NCBI GenBank assembly: GCA_031424145.1
Contig: JANPGV010000177.1
Location: 1-60,775 of the forward strand
DNA length: 60,775 nucleotides
Source: Ilumatobacteraceae bacterium
GTDB lineage: Bacteria > Actinomycetota > Acidimicrobiia > Acidimicrobiales > Ilumatobacteraceae
Direction: 5' to 3'
In this document: positions 1 to 9,137 of the stretch, in pieces
Position numbering within the stretch: position 1 is the stretch's first letter
Layout: the number at the start of each line of letters is the position of its first letter
Made by a program: the position numbers and the translations under genes
The notes under the pieces: generated by a model
The model's input: the letters and a program-made list of their open reading frames with translations, nothing else
Database searches by the model: none
What the model was told of the DNA's origin: nothing

Positions 1-321
1 CAACGACGAACCAAGCTGCAGCAGCACCTCGCGGAGCAACGTCGTCTTGCCGGCACCAGGTGACGACATCAGATTGATGACATGCACGTTGGCGTCGTAG
101 AAGTCGTTTCGATTGGCCTCAGCGGTGCGGTCGTTCTCGCCGAGGATCTTCTCGAGCACCTCGACGCGCAGCCCACCGGTCTGGTAGCCGCTGTGGTCAC
201 CGACGCCGTGGTCGTGGTTGGCCTGCTCGTGGTCGTGCTCGTGATCGGCATGGTCGTGATCGTGATCGGCGTCGTCGTGCGAGTGGCCTGTGCCGTCGGC
301 GTGGTAATGGAAGCGTCCCAT
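1..321 (-). CDS. hypB: Hydrogenase nickel-incorporation GTPase HypB, N-terminal part (runs off the window edge)
   Basis: Not in the ORF track. Reverse-strand translation from the ATG at 319-321 gives MGRFHYHADGTGHSHDDADHDHDHADHEHDHEQANHDHGVGDH..., then INLMSSPGAGKTTLL (P-loop of HypB/UreG-type GTPases). The His-rich N-terminus is typical of Ni-binding HypB. Confidence 0.9.
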   Translation of the reverse strand, partial: MGRFHYHADGTGHSHDDADHDHDHADHEHDHEQANHDHGVGDHSGYQTGGLRVEVLEKILGENDRTAEANRNDFYDANVHVINLMSSPGAGKTTLLREVLLQLGSSL

Positions 322-382
322 GGATGGTCTCCGATCGCTGACCGAACGCTACCGCGGATTGGGTGCCGAATCAGCTGGCTGC

Positions 383-1048
383 TCAGCGGACGGGCTTGGC
401 CATCCGCAGCACGAACTGGTCGAGAAAGATTCGTCGGGATGCGGAGTCCCCGGTGAGCCGGCCGACGAGTGGGTCGCCGGTCTGACGAGCGCTGACGAGG
501 TCGGCGGTGGCCACCCGCAACGTGACTTCGGGATCGCCGTTCGGCTGTTCAACGCGCATGCCATCGAGATCGAGCACGAGGTCGACCGTGGCCGTGTCAT
601 GACCGCGCGACGTGATCAACCGTGCCCGGAGCTTCTTCTCCGGTCTGCGTCGCCACGGCGCGAGCAGTGAAAACACGATTCGTTCTGCATCGAGTGGCTC
701 GCTCGATTCGCCCGACAAGTACCGAACGCCGAATCGGGCCATCGACCGCAGGACAGGCTCGACGCGGCGTCCTTCCTGGGACAGGCTGTACACGCTGCGC
801 GCCGCCGGCGGCGGCAGCTCGACTGTGGTGACGAGGCCCATCGCCTGGAGTGAACGGAGGCGTTCGGTCAACAGGTTTGGAGCGATCCCGACGAGGGCGG
901 CGCGCAGGTCGGTGAACCGACGGTCACCCATGGAGAGCTCTCGCAACAGCAGCAAGGTCCACCGGTCGCCGACAAGATCGAGGCCGGCAGCGATCGGGCA
1001 GTACTGCCCGTAGGTGCGTTCCGAGATTTCGGACTTCTTGGTTGCCAT
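383..1048 (-). CDS. HxlR-family winged-helix transcriptional regulator with an extra C-terminal domain
   Basis: ORF 383..1063. I prefer the ATG at 1046-1048 (MATKKSEI) over the TTG at 1063. YGQYCPIAAGLDLVGDRWTLLLLRELSMGDRRFTDL is the HxlR signature region. It is divergent from an MFS transporter. Confidence 0.8.
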   Translation of the reverse strand: MATKKSEISERTYGQYCPIAAGLDLVGDRWTLLLLRELSMGDRRFTDLRAALVGIAPNLLTERLRSLQAMGLVTTVELPPPAARSVYSLSQEGRRVEPVLRSMARFGVRYLSGESSEPLDAERIVFSLLAPWRRRPEKKLRARLITSRGHDTATVDLVLDLDGMRVEQPNGDPEVTLRVATADLVSARQTGDPLVGRLTGDSASRRIFLDQFVLRMAKPVR

Positions 1049-1135
1049 ATGAGTTGACTCCAATGTACAGTCGATTAGTATAAATAATCAACTAGTCGCT
1101 CTCTATTCTATACCGATCTGTACCGAGGTGCCGCG
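1049..1135. promoter_or_regulatory. AT-rich divergent promoter/operator region between the HxlR and MFS genes
   Basis: This is the only strongly AT-rich patch in the first 3 kb (tcgattagtataaataatcaactagt). Half-sites with reverse-complement partners are AGTTGA (1052-1057) / TCAACT (1088-1093) and GTACAG (1065-1070) / CTGTAC (1117-1122). Confidence 0.35.
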
Positions 1136-2593
1136 ATGCAACTGACCAATACCGAGCCCAAGAATCCAGAGAGGGAGACCCCGGATAACAAGAACGGGAC
1201 CACGCCTCGTAACCCATGGGTGGTGCTGGCCAGCACCAGCCTCGCCGTGTTCGCGGTGTTCCTCGACACGACCATCTTGTTCGTGGCCTTCCCTTCGATC
1301 AGCGCCACCTTCGCCTCCACTGCACCATCATCGCTGTCCTGGATCCTCAACGCGTACACCATCGTGTTCGCAGCTCTCCTGATCCCCGCCGGGCGATTGG
1401 CGGACCGCATGGGTCGGCGGCGAACCTTCCTCACAGCCGCAGTGGTGTTCACGATTGCGTCGATGCTCTGTGGTCTCGCACCGACCGTGATCTTCCTCGT
1501 CGGCGCACGCATCCTGCAAGCTGTCGCCGCCGCGGCGTTGGTGCCGGCCTCGCTGGCACTGGTGCTGCAGACATTCCCGCACCACAAGATCCCGGTTGCC
1601 GTTGCCATCTGGGGAGCCGTCGGCGCGGTGGCCGGTGCCGCGGGGCCGACGTTGGGTGCGCTCGTGATCGAGAACCTCGGTTGGCGGTGGGCGTTCTACA
1701 TCAACCTCCCGGTCGGCATCGCCAGCTTCGTCATCGGACGGCGCGTGCTTCCCGAGTGGCGTGAGAAGAACCCGGGACGCCTACCCGATCGGATCAGCGT
1801 CGCACTGCTCACTGCGGGCCTCGCCCTCGCCGCCTACGGAATCGTTCAGACGAACGACTGGGGTTGGACGAGCACCCGCTTCACGGCGTGCGAGGTCGTC
1901 GCGGTGGTGCTCATCGCGCTGTTCGTGCGGCGTAGTCGCGACGTGGCGAACCCTGTGCTCGACCTCACACTGTTCGAATCGCGATCCTTCAAATGGGCCA
2001 ACGCGGCGTTGCTGATCTACGCGGTGGGCTTCTCGGCGATGTTCCTCGGCAACGTCTTGTTCCTCACCGCCGTGTGGCACTACACCATCCTGCGAGCCGG
2101 CATGGCGATCTCGGTCGGCCCGCTGATCGTGGCCGCGACCGCACCGCTGTTCGGCAAGTTGGCAGGACGCGTCGGACAACGCCGATTGCTGATCCCCGGT
2201 GGGCTCGTGTGGGGCCTCAGCGGCCTCCTCCTGGTCAACAGGGTCACGCTGCAGCCGGACTACGTCGGTCACTACCTTCCGTCGGTCATCCTCAGCGGTC
2301 TGGGTGTCGCGCTGTGCCTGCCGCAACTCTCGTCCGCAGCAGTGCAGGGGTTGCCCCCCGACCGTTTCGGGTCAGGCGCGGCAGTCAGCCAGGCAGTGCG
2401 CAACCTCGGCGCGACACTCGGCGTAGCTGCCGCCGTTGCCTTCACCGCCGGCCTCACCGGGGCCGACGCTCTCGACGGCTTTCACCATGTGTGGTGGCTG
2501 CTCGTGCTCAGCGGCGTCGCCGTATCCGTGCTGGCGTCACGACTGCCCCGACGCGTCGCTGATCGCGTCGTCCTTGCCGAGGCCCACGCGTGA
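1136..2593 (+). CDS. MFS transporter, EmrB/QacA-like 14-TMS drug:H+ antiporter type
   Basis: 485 aa and highly hydrophobic, with about 14 predicted TM stretches. Motif A-like GRLADRMGRRRTF lies after TM2. Confidence 0.85.
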   Translation: MQLTNTEPKNPERETPDNKNGTTPRNPWVVLASTSLAVFAVFLDTTILFVAFPSISATFASTAPSSLSWILNAYTIVFAALLIPAGRLADRMGRRRTFLTAAVVFTIASMLCGLAPTVIFLVGARILQAVAAAALVPASLALVLQTFPHHKIPVAVAIWGAVGAVAGAAGPTLGALVIENLGWRWAFYINLPVGIASFVIGRRVLPEWREKNPGRLPDRISVALLTAGLALAAYGIVQTNDWGWTSTRFTACEVVAVVLIALFVRRSRDVANPVLDLTLFESRSFKWANAALLIYAVGFSAMFLGNVLFLTAVWHYTILRAGMAISVGPLIVAATAPLFGKLAGRVGQRRLLIPGGLVWGLSGLLLVNRVTLQPDYVGHYLPSVILSGLGVALCLPQLSSAAVQGLPPDRFGSGAAVSQAVRNLGATLGVAAAVAFTAGLTGADALDGFHHVWWLLVLSGVAVSVLASRLPRRVADRVVLAEAHA

Positions 2594-3405
2594 GCGTGCA
2601 GACGTCCACCGTTTTCGACTCGACGACCGCCCTCGTGCGCGACCCGGAGATCGCCGGTCGGTTCTCGGCGCGCCTCGACGACGCCTGGTCGTCGCTCATC
2701 GGCATGCACGGCGGCTACCTCACGGCCATTGCGATCAAGGCTGCACAGATCGTCGCCGAGGACCGCCCTATCCGAACCGTCAGCACCGTCTTCCTTCGCC
2801 CCGGATCTGTCGGACCAGCGGTCGTCGATGTCGAAGTCGTTCGGCGCGGTCGATCGATCAGCAACCTCACCGTCACGTTGTCGAACGGATCGAGGCCGGT
2901 GCTGGTCAGTCAGGTCGTTGCTGCCGATTCGAGCGACGGCACCTCTTGGGACGCCACCGGAGCGATCGACATCCCACCGTTCGAACGTTGCGTTCCCATC
3001 GAGCCGCCGCCGGGTATCGGCCACTTCGAGCACGGCGTCGCTGTCTTGGATCCTGCGGACCTGCCCTTCAGCCATGGCCCGCGGGCTCGCGTCGCTGGTT
3101 ACATGCGTCCTCGCGAACGGCGCCCTATCGACGCCTCATGGCTCGGAATGGTGCTGGACTGGTTCCCTCCCGCTTCGTTCACGCGGGTCGACCCGCCGAC
3201 CGGCGGAGTCAGCCTCAGCTACACGATCCACCTGCATCGCACCCTGCCGTTGCTGGATGCCGACGAGTGGCTCGGCGGTCTCTTTCACGTCGACATCAGC
3301 GCATCCGGGATCGCTCTGGAGAAGGGGTTGATCACCGGTCCCGACGGCAGCATCCTCGCCGAGTCCTTCCACACTCGCTGGACCGCGGCGCCACGCGTGT
3401 CGTAG
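2590..3405 (+). CDS. Acyl-CoA thioesterase-like (double hot-dog, TesB-like) protein
   Basis: 271 aa. MHGGYLTAIAIKAA and a repeated hot-dog-like architecture resemble thioesterase-family proteins. The GTG start overlaps the MFS stop (GTGA at 2590-2593). Confidence 0.65.
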   Translation: MSVQTSTVFDSTTALVRDPEIAGRFSARLDDAWSSLIGMHGGYLTAIAIKAAQIVAEDRPIRTVSTVFLRPGSVGPAVVDVEVVRRGRSISNLTVTLSNGSRPVLVSQVVAADSSDGTSWDATGAIDIPPFERCVPIEPPPGIGHFEHGVAVLDPADLPFSHGPRARVAGYMRPRERRPIDASWLGMVLDWFPPASFTRVDPPTGGVSLSYTIHLHRTLPLLDADEWLGGLFHVDISASGIALEKGLITGPDGSILAESFHTRWTAAPRVS

Positions 3406-3411
3406 TCCCGG

Positions 3412-4290
3412 CTATTGAGCAGGCGCGCAGACGACGAGTGAACGGGGGTGGATCTCGAACTCGAGCTTCTTCGCCTTGCCCTTGACCCCGCCATCGAGCT
3501 CGAAGCGACGCTTCTTATCGAACGTGACCGTAACAGCGGTCCCTTCACTGATCTCGCTCTTGCTCGACGACTCCTGCTTGCGCAACGCTGCTGTGACGAC
3601 CAGGCTGGCCCATTCACGCATGCCGACCGCCGTGAAAACAGCAACATGCAATCGCCCGTCTGTCGCGGAAGCGTCGGGGAACGCTTTGAGCCCGGCCTTC
3701 AGCGACCCCGTGTTGCCCACGAGGACGCAACTGGCCGGGCCGTCGTAGAAGTCGTTGCCGTCGACCGTCACCTTGGCTTCGAACATCTTGCGCTCGCGTG
3801 CTTTGCGGACGGCCGCGCCGACGTAGGCAAGCGTTCCGAGCTTCTCCTTGCTCTCCTCCGCGTCGCTGAGCATCGCCACGTCGAATCCGACTCCGGCCAT
3901 CACGTTGAACGTCTGGCCGTTGCACACTGCCGTATCGATGCTGCGCCGATCACCGTGCAGGATCACATCGACGATCTCATCGATGTCGGTCGGGAGTTCC
4001 AATCCGCTTGCGAAGAGGTTGGCGGTGCCGCTCGGCACGACGGCCAACGCCACAGACGTACCGACCAGTGCTTCCGAAACAGCGCGCACGCTGCCATCAC
4101 CACCACAGACGACCACCGTGGTGGCGCCGCGCTTGACGGCTTTCTTCGCGGCTGGCTTGGACTCAGATCCCTTCGTGACGTTGACCCACTCGACGTCCTC
4201 GAAGCCGGCTGCGGCCAGCGAGCTGCGCAATCTTCTGGCGTCTTTCTTGACGAGCTTCTCGGTGTTGGCCACCACAGCGATTTTCGACAT
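3412..4290 (-). CDS. Diacylglycerol-kinase-family lipid kinase
   Basis: 292 aa. VVVCGGDGSVRAV and VVPSGTANLFA are the DAGK catalytic-domain motifs. Confidence 0.85.
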   Translation of the reverse strand: MSKIAVVANTEKLVKKDARRLRSSLAAAGFEDVEWVNVTKGSESKPAAKKAVKRGATTVVVCGGDGSVRAVSEALVGTSVALAVVPSGTANLFASGLELPTDIDEIVDVILHGDRRSIDTAVCNGQTFNVMAGVGFDVAMLSDAEESKEKLGTLAYVGAAVRKARERKMFEAKVTVDGNDFYDGPASCVLVGNTGSLKAGLKAFPDASATDGRLHVAVFTAVGMREWASLVVTAALRKQESSSKSEISEGTAVTVTFDKKRRFELDGGVKGKAKKLEFEIHPRSLVVCAPAQ

Positions 4291-4345
4291 CAGTGCCTCC
4301 GGTTCCAGACACCGTTACCCGTTCGGAGTCACCTGCAAACCGCAG

Positions 4346-5092
4346 TTATGCGCTGAGCTCGGCGGCCGACCTTGCGCCGAGGCCGCGCAACCACGTAGCC
4401 ACCGCAGTGGCTTCGCTGCGTTCAGCCGTGTCGAGCGGCGTCAGGTCGTCCCAACCGACCCAATTGATGTCGGCGCCGCGAGCGAGCAAGAACTCGGCAA
4501 CGTCGCGATGCCCTCCGTGACACGCACCCCACAGGCATTCGTTCGTCTCCTCCGCAGTCGGGCGTGGCTCGACGTCGAAGTAGGCCTGGACCCGGTCGAG
4601 TAGTCCGAGAGCGGAGGATTCCCAGAGGCTCGTGTGTGCCCCTCGTTCGAGCAGGCGACGAGCAGCGTTCCATTGGCCAAAGGCTGTTGCATCGCTCATC
4701 GGTGTGCCGCCGCCGATCACGGCACCGCGGGCTTCGATGTTGGCGCCGGCATCCAACAGCGCATCGAGGACGGACACGTCGTCGCTACTGGCCGCCCAGT
4801 GCAGAGGCGTCTCGCTGTGGGGGCCGCAGAAGGTGGCGTTGACATCGGCGCCGGCGTCGACCAGGGCTGCGACACTTTCGGCACCATTGGGAAAGTTTCC
4901 CGGCCAGTCGGTCACGACGTGGAGCAGGGTGCGAGATATGCCCCGCTCGCGATCATTTGCGGAGGCCACGCCGGCCGTGGCCAACTCGGGTTGCTCGCTC
5001 AACAGTTGTTTCAGCGTGTTTACATCGCCCTCGTGCAAAGCCTTGATCGCGGCAGCTGCGAAGGGCTGATCCGTTCCGATGATCACGATCAA
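4346..5092 (-). CDS. Ankyrin-repeat protein
   Basis: 248 aa with repeated TPLHWAA..DVSVLDALLDAGANIE and GHRDVAEFLLARGADIN ankyrin consensus blocks. Confidence 0.85.
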   Translation of the reverse strand: MIVIIGTDQPFAAAAIKALHEGDVNTLKQLLSEQPELATAGVASANDRERGISRTLLHVVTDWPGNFPNGAESVAALVDAGADVNATFCGPHSETPLHWAASSDDVSVLDALLDAGANIEARGAVIGGGTPMSDATAFGQWNAARRLLERGAHTSLWESSALGLLDRVQAYFDVEPRPTAEETNECLWGACHGGHRDVAEFLLARGADINWVGWDDLTPLDTAERSEATAVATWLRGLGARSAAELSA

Positions 5093-5118
5093 AGTGTCGC
5101 GCGGTTCGCGCGCTGCTG

Positions 5119-6018
5119 CTACCGCGATGAGGCGCCGGTCGGCACCTTGGCAGTGGTGGAAGTCGTGCCCTGCGGATGGTCGCTGACCGGATCACCGAGA
5201 CGTTGGGCACGACCACCGAAGACGATGGCGACGAGCATGAACCATCCCCAGCCGAGGAACAGTCCACCGATGACGTCGCTGAGAAAGTGAACGCCGAGGA
5301 GCGCGCGGCTCGTCGCCACGGAGACGGCTATCAAAGCTGCGCCGGCGGCCAACATCGCTCGGACGACGCGGGGCCGATCTCGCCCCAACACGAGGGCGGC
5401 TGCCGACCACGCGGCGGCGGCGGCGGTCGTATGCCCGGAAGGAAACGAGTATCCATGAGCAACGACGAGATGCAGCACGTTGGGGCGATCACGACGGATG
5501 ATGAGCTTCAGCGCGTTGTTGAGCACCAGCTCGCCGACGCCGACAGCCACCACGAACACGAAGACTTCCCGGCTCCGGCGGCGAAGGTAGTCAGCAATTG
5601 CGACAGCCAGCAGCACGACGATCACCACGATCGTGCTTCCGAGCTGGGTGACCCACTTCAGAATTTTGACCGCCTGGGAGTGACCGTGGCGGGCGCCCCA
5701 TTCGGCTATCGATGTGTCGGCGTGGCCGAGCCACGAGTTCGTGTTGATCATGGCCAGCAGCAGGCCGAAGACGATTGCGACCGCGAAGATGATGATGAAG
5801 CTGACGGTCAGCAGGAACCCGCCTGCGGTCTTGCGGTCCATTCGTTGATGCAGGAACCTGGATACGCGGGGATGGCGCCAAATCGAGCGGCGAACTGCCT
5901 TCTCGGCGGCGGCAGGATCGACGGTGTCGGCCTCGATCCGACGACTTGCCGACATCGCGAAGGCGATCAGAGCTGCGGCCAGGCCGCACAGCAGCACGAC
6001 AAGAGGGAGACTGATCAT
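5119..6018 (-). CDS. PAP2-family lipid phosphate phosphatase (membrane)
   Basis: Carries the three PAP2 motifs KLIIRRDRP, SFPSGH and SRALLGVHFLSD, plus multiple TM helices. Confidence 0.85.
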   Translation of the reverse strand: MISLPLVVLLCGLAAALIAFAMSASRRIEADTVDPAAAEKAVRRSIWRHPRVSRFLHQRMDRKTAGGFLLTVSFIIIFAVAIVFGLLLAMINTNSWLGHADTSIAEWGARHGHSQAVKILKWVTQLGSTIVVIVVLLAVAIADYLRRRSREVFVFVVAVGVGELVLNNALKLIIRRDRPNVLHLVVAHGYSFPSGHTTAAAAAWSAAALVLGRDRPRVVRAMLAAGAALIAVSVATSRALLGVHFLSDVIGGLFLGWGWFMLVAIVFGGRAQRLGDPVSDHPQGTTSTTAKVPTGASSR

Positions 6019-6815
6019 CGCTGGATTGCGGGGGTCGCGCCTACGTGTTCAACTTCGGGTCCCTCGTCGTCGATCGACTCGATCGGCACGTGCTGACGTT
6101 CGGCAGCGCGACGAACGACGATGTACGAGGCGACGACCGATGTGCCACCGAGCAATGCTCCGAAGATGACGTCGGTCAGGAAGTGCATCCCTCGATAGAG
6201 GCGTGCCAGCGCTACACACAGGGGAAGGAGTGCGGCAATCGCGACGGCCAATGCCCTGATCCAGCGCCGGCGGGTGTGCCAGAAGATGACAATCACGATC
6301 GCCGAATAGGCCACGGCTGCACCGGTGTGTCCCGATGGAAAGCTGGAACCGACCGGCGATGTGTCGAGTTTTTCCACCTCAGGGCGGGGACGGCCGACGA
6401 TGGTGGTGATCGTGATGAAACAGAGCGCCTCGAGAATGAGCGGGACGACGACCATCAGTGGCTCCAACCATCGCTTCCAAACGATCAGCATCACGATTGC
6501 GACTACAGCAGTGACGACGATCTTGACCACAGTGTCGGAGAGCATGGAGCCGATGAAGGACAGGGAGTTCAACCGCGTTGTGCGCTGGCGGACGAACCAT
6601 TCCGACACCGATTGATCGGTGTGCACGATCCATGAGTTCTTCAACGGGTGGGTCAACAGTAAGCCGACCCCGACCCACACCGCCGTAATCGCTACATACA
6701 GTCCCGCAAGTGTCAACGCTTCGGGTTTACGGATGACCCACGTATCACGTAGACGCTGCTTCGGCATGGGGTCGGTGTGCCCGCGCCCTTCGTCCTCCAA
6801 ACGGGTGACGTTCAT
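6015..6815 (-). CDS. PAP2-family lipid phosphate phosphatase (membrane), second copy
   Basis: ORF 6015..7070 trimmed to the ATG at 6813-6815 (MNVTRLED), which overlaps the upstream stop (ATGA). Motifs are IVGRPRP, SFPSGH and ARLYRGMHFLTD. Its stop overlaps the next start (ATGA at 6015-6018). Confidence 0.8.
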   Translation of the reverse strand: MNVTRLEDEGRGHTDPMPKQRLRDTWVIRKPEALTLAGLYVAITAVWVGVGLLLTHPLKNSWIVHTDQSVSEWFVRQRTTRLNSLSFIGSMLSDTVVKIVVTAVVAIVMLIVWKRWLEPLMVVVPLILEALCFITITTIVGRPRPEVEKLDTSPVGSSFPSGHTGAAVAYSAIVIVIFWHTRRRWIRALAVAIAALLPLCVALARLYRGMHFLTDVIFGALLGGTSVVASYIVVRRAAERQHVPIESIDDEGPEVEHVGATPAIQR

Positions 6816-7687
6816 GGTGCCTGCAGACGCCGGCGGTGGAAGGTGGCGAGGCAGAAGACGCCGTAGGCCGCAAACCCGATTCCGACGATGACGACAATGA
6901 GCAGTCCCCATGACTCCAGCACCATCCGGCGCAGCGCGCCGTCCAGGCCCGTTGCTTCGTTGGCGTCGTATCGGACGGCCGCGCGCACGAGGAAGAAGCC
7001 AACCAGGCTGAACCCGATGCCGCGCCCGATCTCGCCGATCGCGCCGAGACGCTCGATCCATTTCCTCCAACCGGGGGAGGCACCCGACATGTCGAGCTCG
7101 TCCTCGACGTCCATCTTGAACCCCTTCGACATGCGGTACAAGCCGACTGCGATGACGATGACGCCGACAGCGCCGACGAGCACCCGCCCGAAGCTATGGG
7201 CCATCAGGTTGGAGGAGATGTCGGTGACCTTCTTGTTGCCGTCGGGCGTCTTGGACGGTTGGCGGGCCAGCATGATGGCGCTGAATGCAAAGGTCGTATA
7301 CATGATCGCGCTGACGATGTAGCCGATGCGGTGGGCCATGGCCTTGGAGTCGGTGCCGCCGGGTAGCAGAGCCGAGATCACACGCCACGCCGCGTACAGC
7401 AGCATGCCGATCGCCAGCAACCACAACAGGACCGTGCCGCCACCGGATCCGGCAACGGTCTTGATCGCCCCGAGAGGGCTGGCCTCCTGATTGCCCGTCG
7501 ATGACGTGCTGTCAGTCCACCCGCCGGCTTTGGCAGCGATCGATAGAGCGAGGATGCCGGCAATGCAGTAAACCACGCCCTTCGCGAACCAACCGGCTCG
7601 ACCGATCTTCACAGCACCTGGGTGGTCAGCGGTGAGCTGGCCCATGGGATTGTGGATTGAATGCACGTCGTGACGGGTGGTCGACAT
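6812..7687 (-). CDS. DUF1206-like integral membrane protein
   Basis: ORF 6812..8029 trimmed to the ATG at 7685-7687 (MSTTRHD), because the longer form would overlap hypD. It has repeated pairs of TM helices with G..Y...G..A patterns. The DUF1206 name is from memory. Confidence 0.7.
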   Translation of the reverse strand: MSTTRHDVHSIHNPMGQLTADHPGAVKIGRAGWFAKGVVYCIAGILALSIAAKAGGWTDSTSSTGNQEASPLGAIKTVAGSGGGTVLLWLLAIGMLLYAAWRVISALLPGGTDSKAMAHRIGYIVSAIMYTTFAFSAIMLARQPSKTPDGNKKVTDISSNLMAHSFGRVLVGAVGVIVIAVGLYRMSKGFKMDVEDELDMSGASPGWRKWIERLGAIGEIGRGIGFSLVGFFLVRAAVRYDANEATGLDGALRRMVLESWGLLIVVIVGIGFAAYGVFCLATFHRRRLQAP

Positions 7688-7716
7688 GACCGTGTAGTTC
7701 CCCCATATCGCCGAGT

Positions 7717-8853
7717 TCAAACGGCGGCGCGGGTCCGTCCCAACGTCACCGCAGCCTCGCGGTGCAGCCGGCCGAAGTTGTAATACGCCGCGCACGCGCC
7801 TTCCGAGGACACCATGCACGTCCCGATCGGTGTCTCCGGGGTACAAGCCGTTCCGAAGACCTTGCACTCCCAGGGTTTGATGACGCCTTTGAGCACCTCG
7901 CCGCACTGGCAGGCCTTTGGGTCGGCAACACGCACGCCTGGAACCTCGTACTTCAGTTCGGCGTCCCACTGCGCGAATTCGGGACGAAGCCGCAGCGCGC
8001 TCTGGGAGATGAAGCCCAGTCCACGCCACTCGAAGTGCGGCCGCAGCTCGAAGACCTCGGCCAGGATCTGCAGCGCCCGCGGGTTTCCTTCATCGCGCAC
8101 GACCCGCGCGTACTGGTTCTCCACCTCGCATCGACCCTGGCGGATCTGGGTGAGCAACATCACGATCGCCTGGAGGATGTCGAGGGGCTCGAAGCCTGCG
8201 GTGACCAGGGGCTTGCCGTACTTCTCGGGCACGAAACGGTAGGGGCGATTGCCAACGACCGTCGAGACATGTCCTGGGCCCAAGAAACCGTCGAGCCGCA
8301 GATCCGGCGATTCGAGGATGGCTTTGATCGGCGGCACGATCGTGACGTGGTTGGAGAAGACGTGGAAGTTGGGTACGCCGTCCGCTCGGGCTTTCAACAG
8401 CGTGATCGCGGTCGATGGCGCTGTGGTCTCGAAGCCGACCGCGAAGAACACGACGGAGCGTTCGGGATTCTCGACGGCGATCTGCAGGGCGTCGAGCGGC
8501 GAGTACACGAAGCGCACATCGGCACCGCGGGCTTTGGCCGCCAACAGGTTTCCGTGGCTGCCCGGGACGCGCATCATGTCGCCGAATGATGTGAAGATCA
8601 CGCCGGGGGTCTCGGCGATGGCGATGGCGTCGTCGACGCGGCCCATCGGGATCACGCACACAGGACAACCCGGGCCATGCACGAGCTCGACCTCTTCGGG
8701 TAGCACGTGCTCGATGCCGTGACGGTAGATCGTGTGGGTGTGGCCGCCGCACACCTCCATGAACTTGAAGTGATCCGTGCCGGCGAGGTCACCGATGCGC
8801 GAGACCAAGCGACGCGCAGCCACTGGATCGCGGTACTCGTCGACGAACTTCAC
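7717..8853 (-). CDS. hypD: Hydrogenase maturation protein HypD
   Basis: 378 aa. MKFVDEYRDP...FMEVCGGHTH...GPGCPVCV... is the canonical HypD sequence. GTG start. Confidence 0.95.
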   Translation of the reverse strand: MKFVDEYRDPVAARRLVSRIGDLAGTDHFKFMEVCGGHTHTIYRHGIEHVLPEEVELVHGPGCPVCVIPMGRVDDAIAIAETPGVIFTSFGDMMRVPGSHGNLLAAKARGADVRFVYSPLDALQIAVENPERSVVFFAVGFETTAPSTAITLLKARADGVPNFHVFSNHVTIVPPIKAILESPDLRLDGFLGPGHVSTVVGNRPYRFVPEKYGKPLVTAGFEPLDILQAIVMLLTQIRQGRCEVENQYARVVRDEGNPRALQILAEVFELRPHFEWRGLGFISQSALRLRPEFAQWDAELKYEVPGVRVADPKACQCGEVLKGVIKPWECKVFGTACTPETPIGTCMVSSEGACAAYYNFGRLHREAAVTLGRTRAAV

Positions 8854-8860
8854 GAAGCGC

Positions 8861-9136
8861 TCACTCTGCCGACGGCGATGTCATGAGCGCATCGACCTCG
8901 TCGGTGAACATCTCACCCATCATCTGCAAAGAGGCGAGCGCGAGCGCCGCTTCGTCCTCGTCGATCTTCGACATCGCGAAGCCGACATGGATCAGCACCC
9001 AATCGCCAGGAGCGAGATGCTCGTCTTCGAGCAGACCGATGTTGATCATCCGGCCGACACCGCTGACGTCGACTCGAGCGAGGTGCTCGAACAGGGGATG
9101 TACCTCGACGATCTGGCCCGGGATTCCTAGGCACAT
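8861..9136 (-). CDS. hypC: Hydrogenase assembly chaperone HypC/HupF
   Basis: 91 aa starting MCLGIPGQIVEV (essential N-terminal Cys2), which is typical of HypC. Confidence 0.9.
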   Translation of the reverse strand: MCLGIPGQIVEVHPLFEHLARVDVSGVGRMINIGLLEDEHLAPGDWVLIHVGFAMSKIDEDEAALALASLQMMGEMFTDEVDALMTSPSAE

Positions 9137-9137
9137 G

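Noticed and set aside
190-320. Repetitive gtcgtg/atcgtg DNA that could look like a tandem repeat or a CRISPR-like array.
   Set aside because: It is the coding sequence of the His/Asp-rich N-terminus of HypB (HDHDHADHEHDH). There are no spacer-repeat units and no cas genes.
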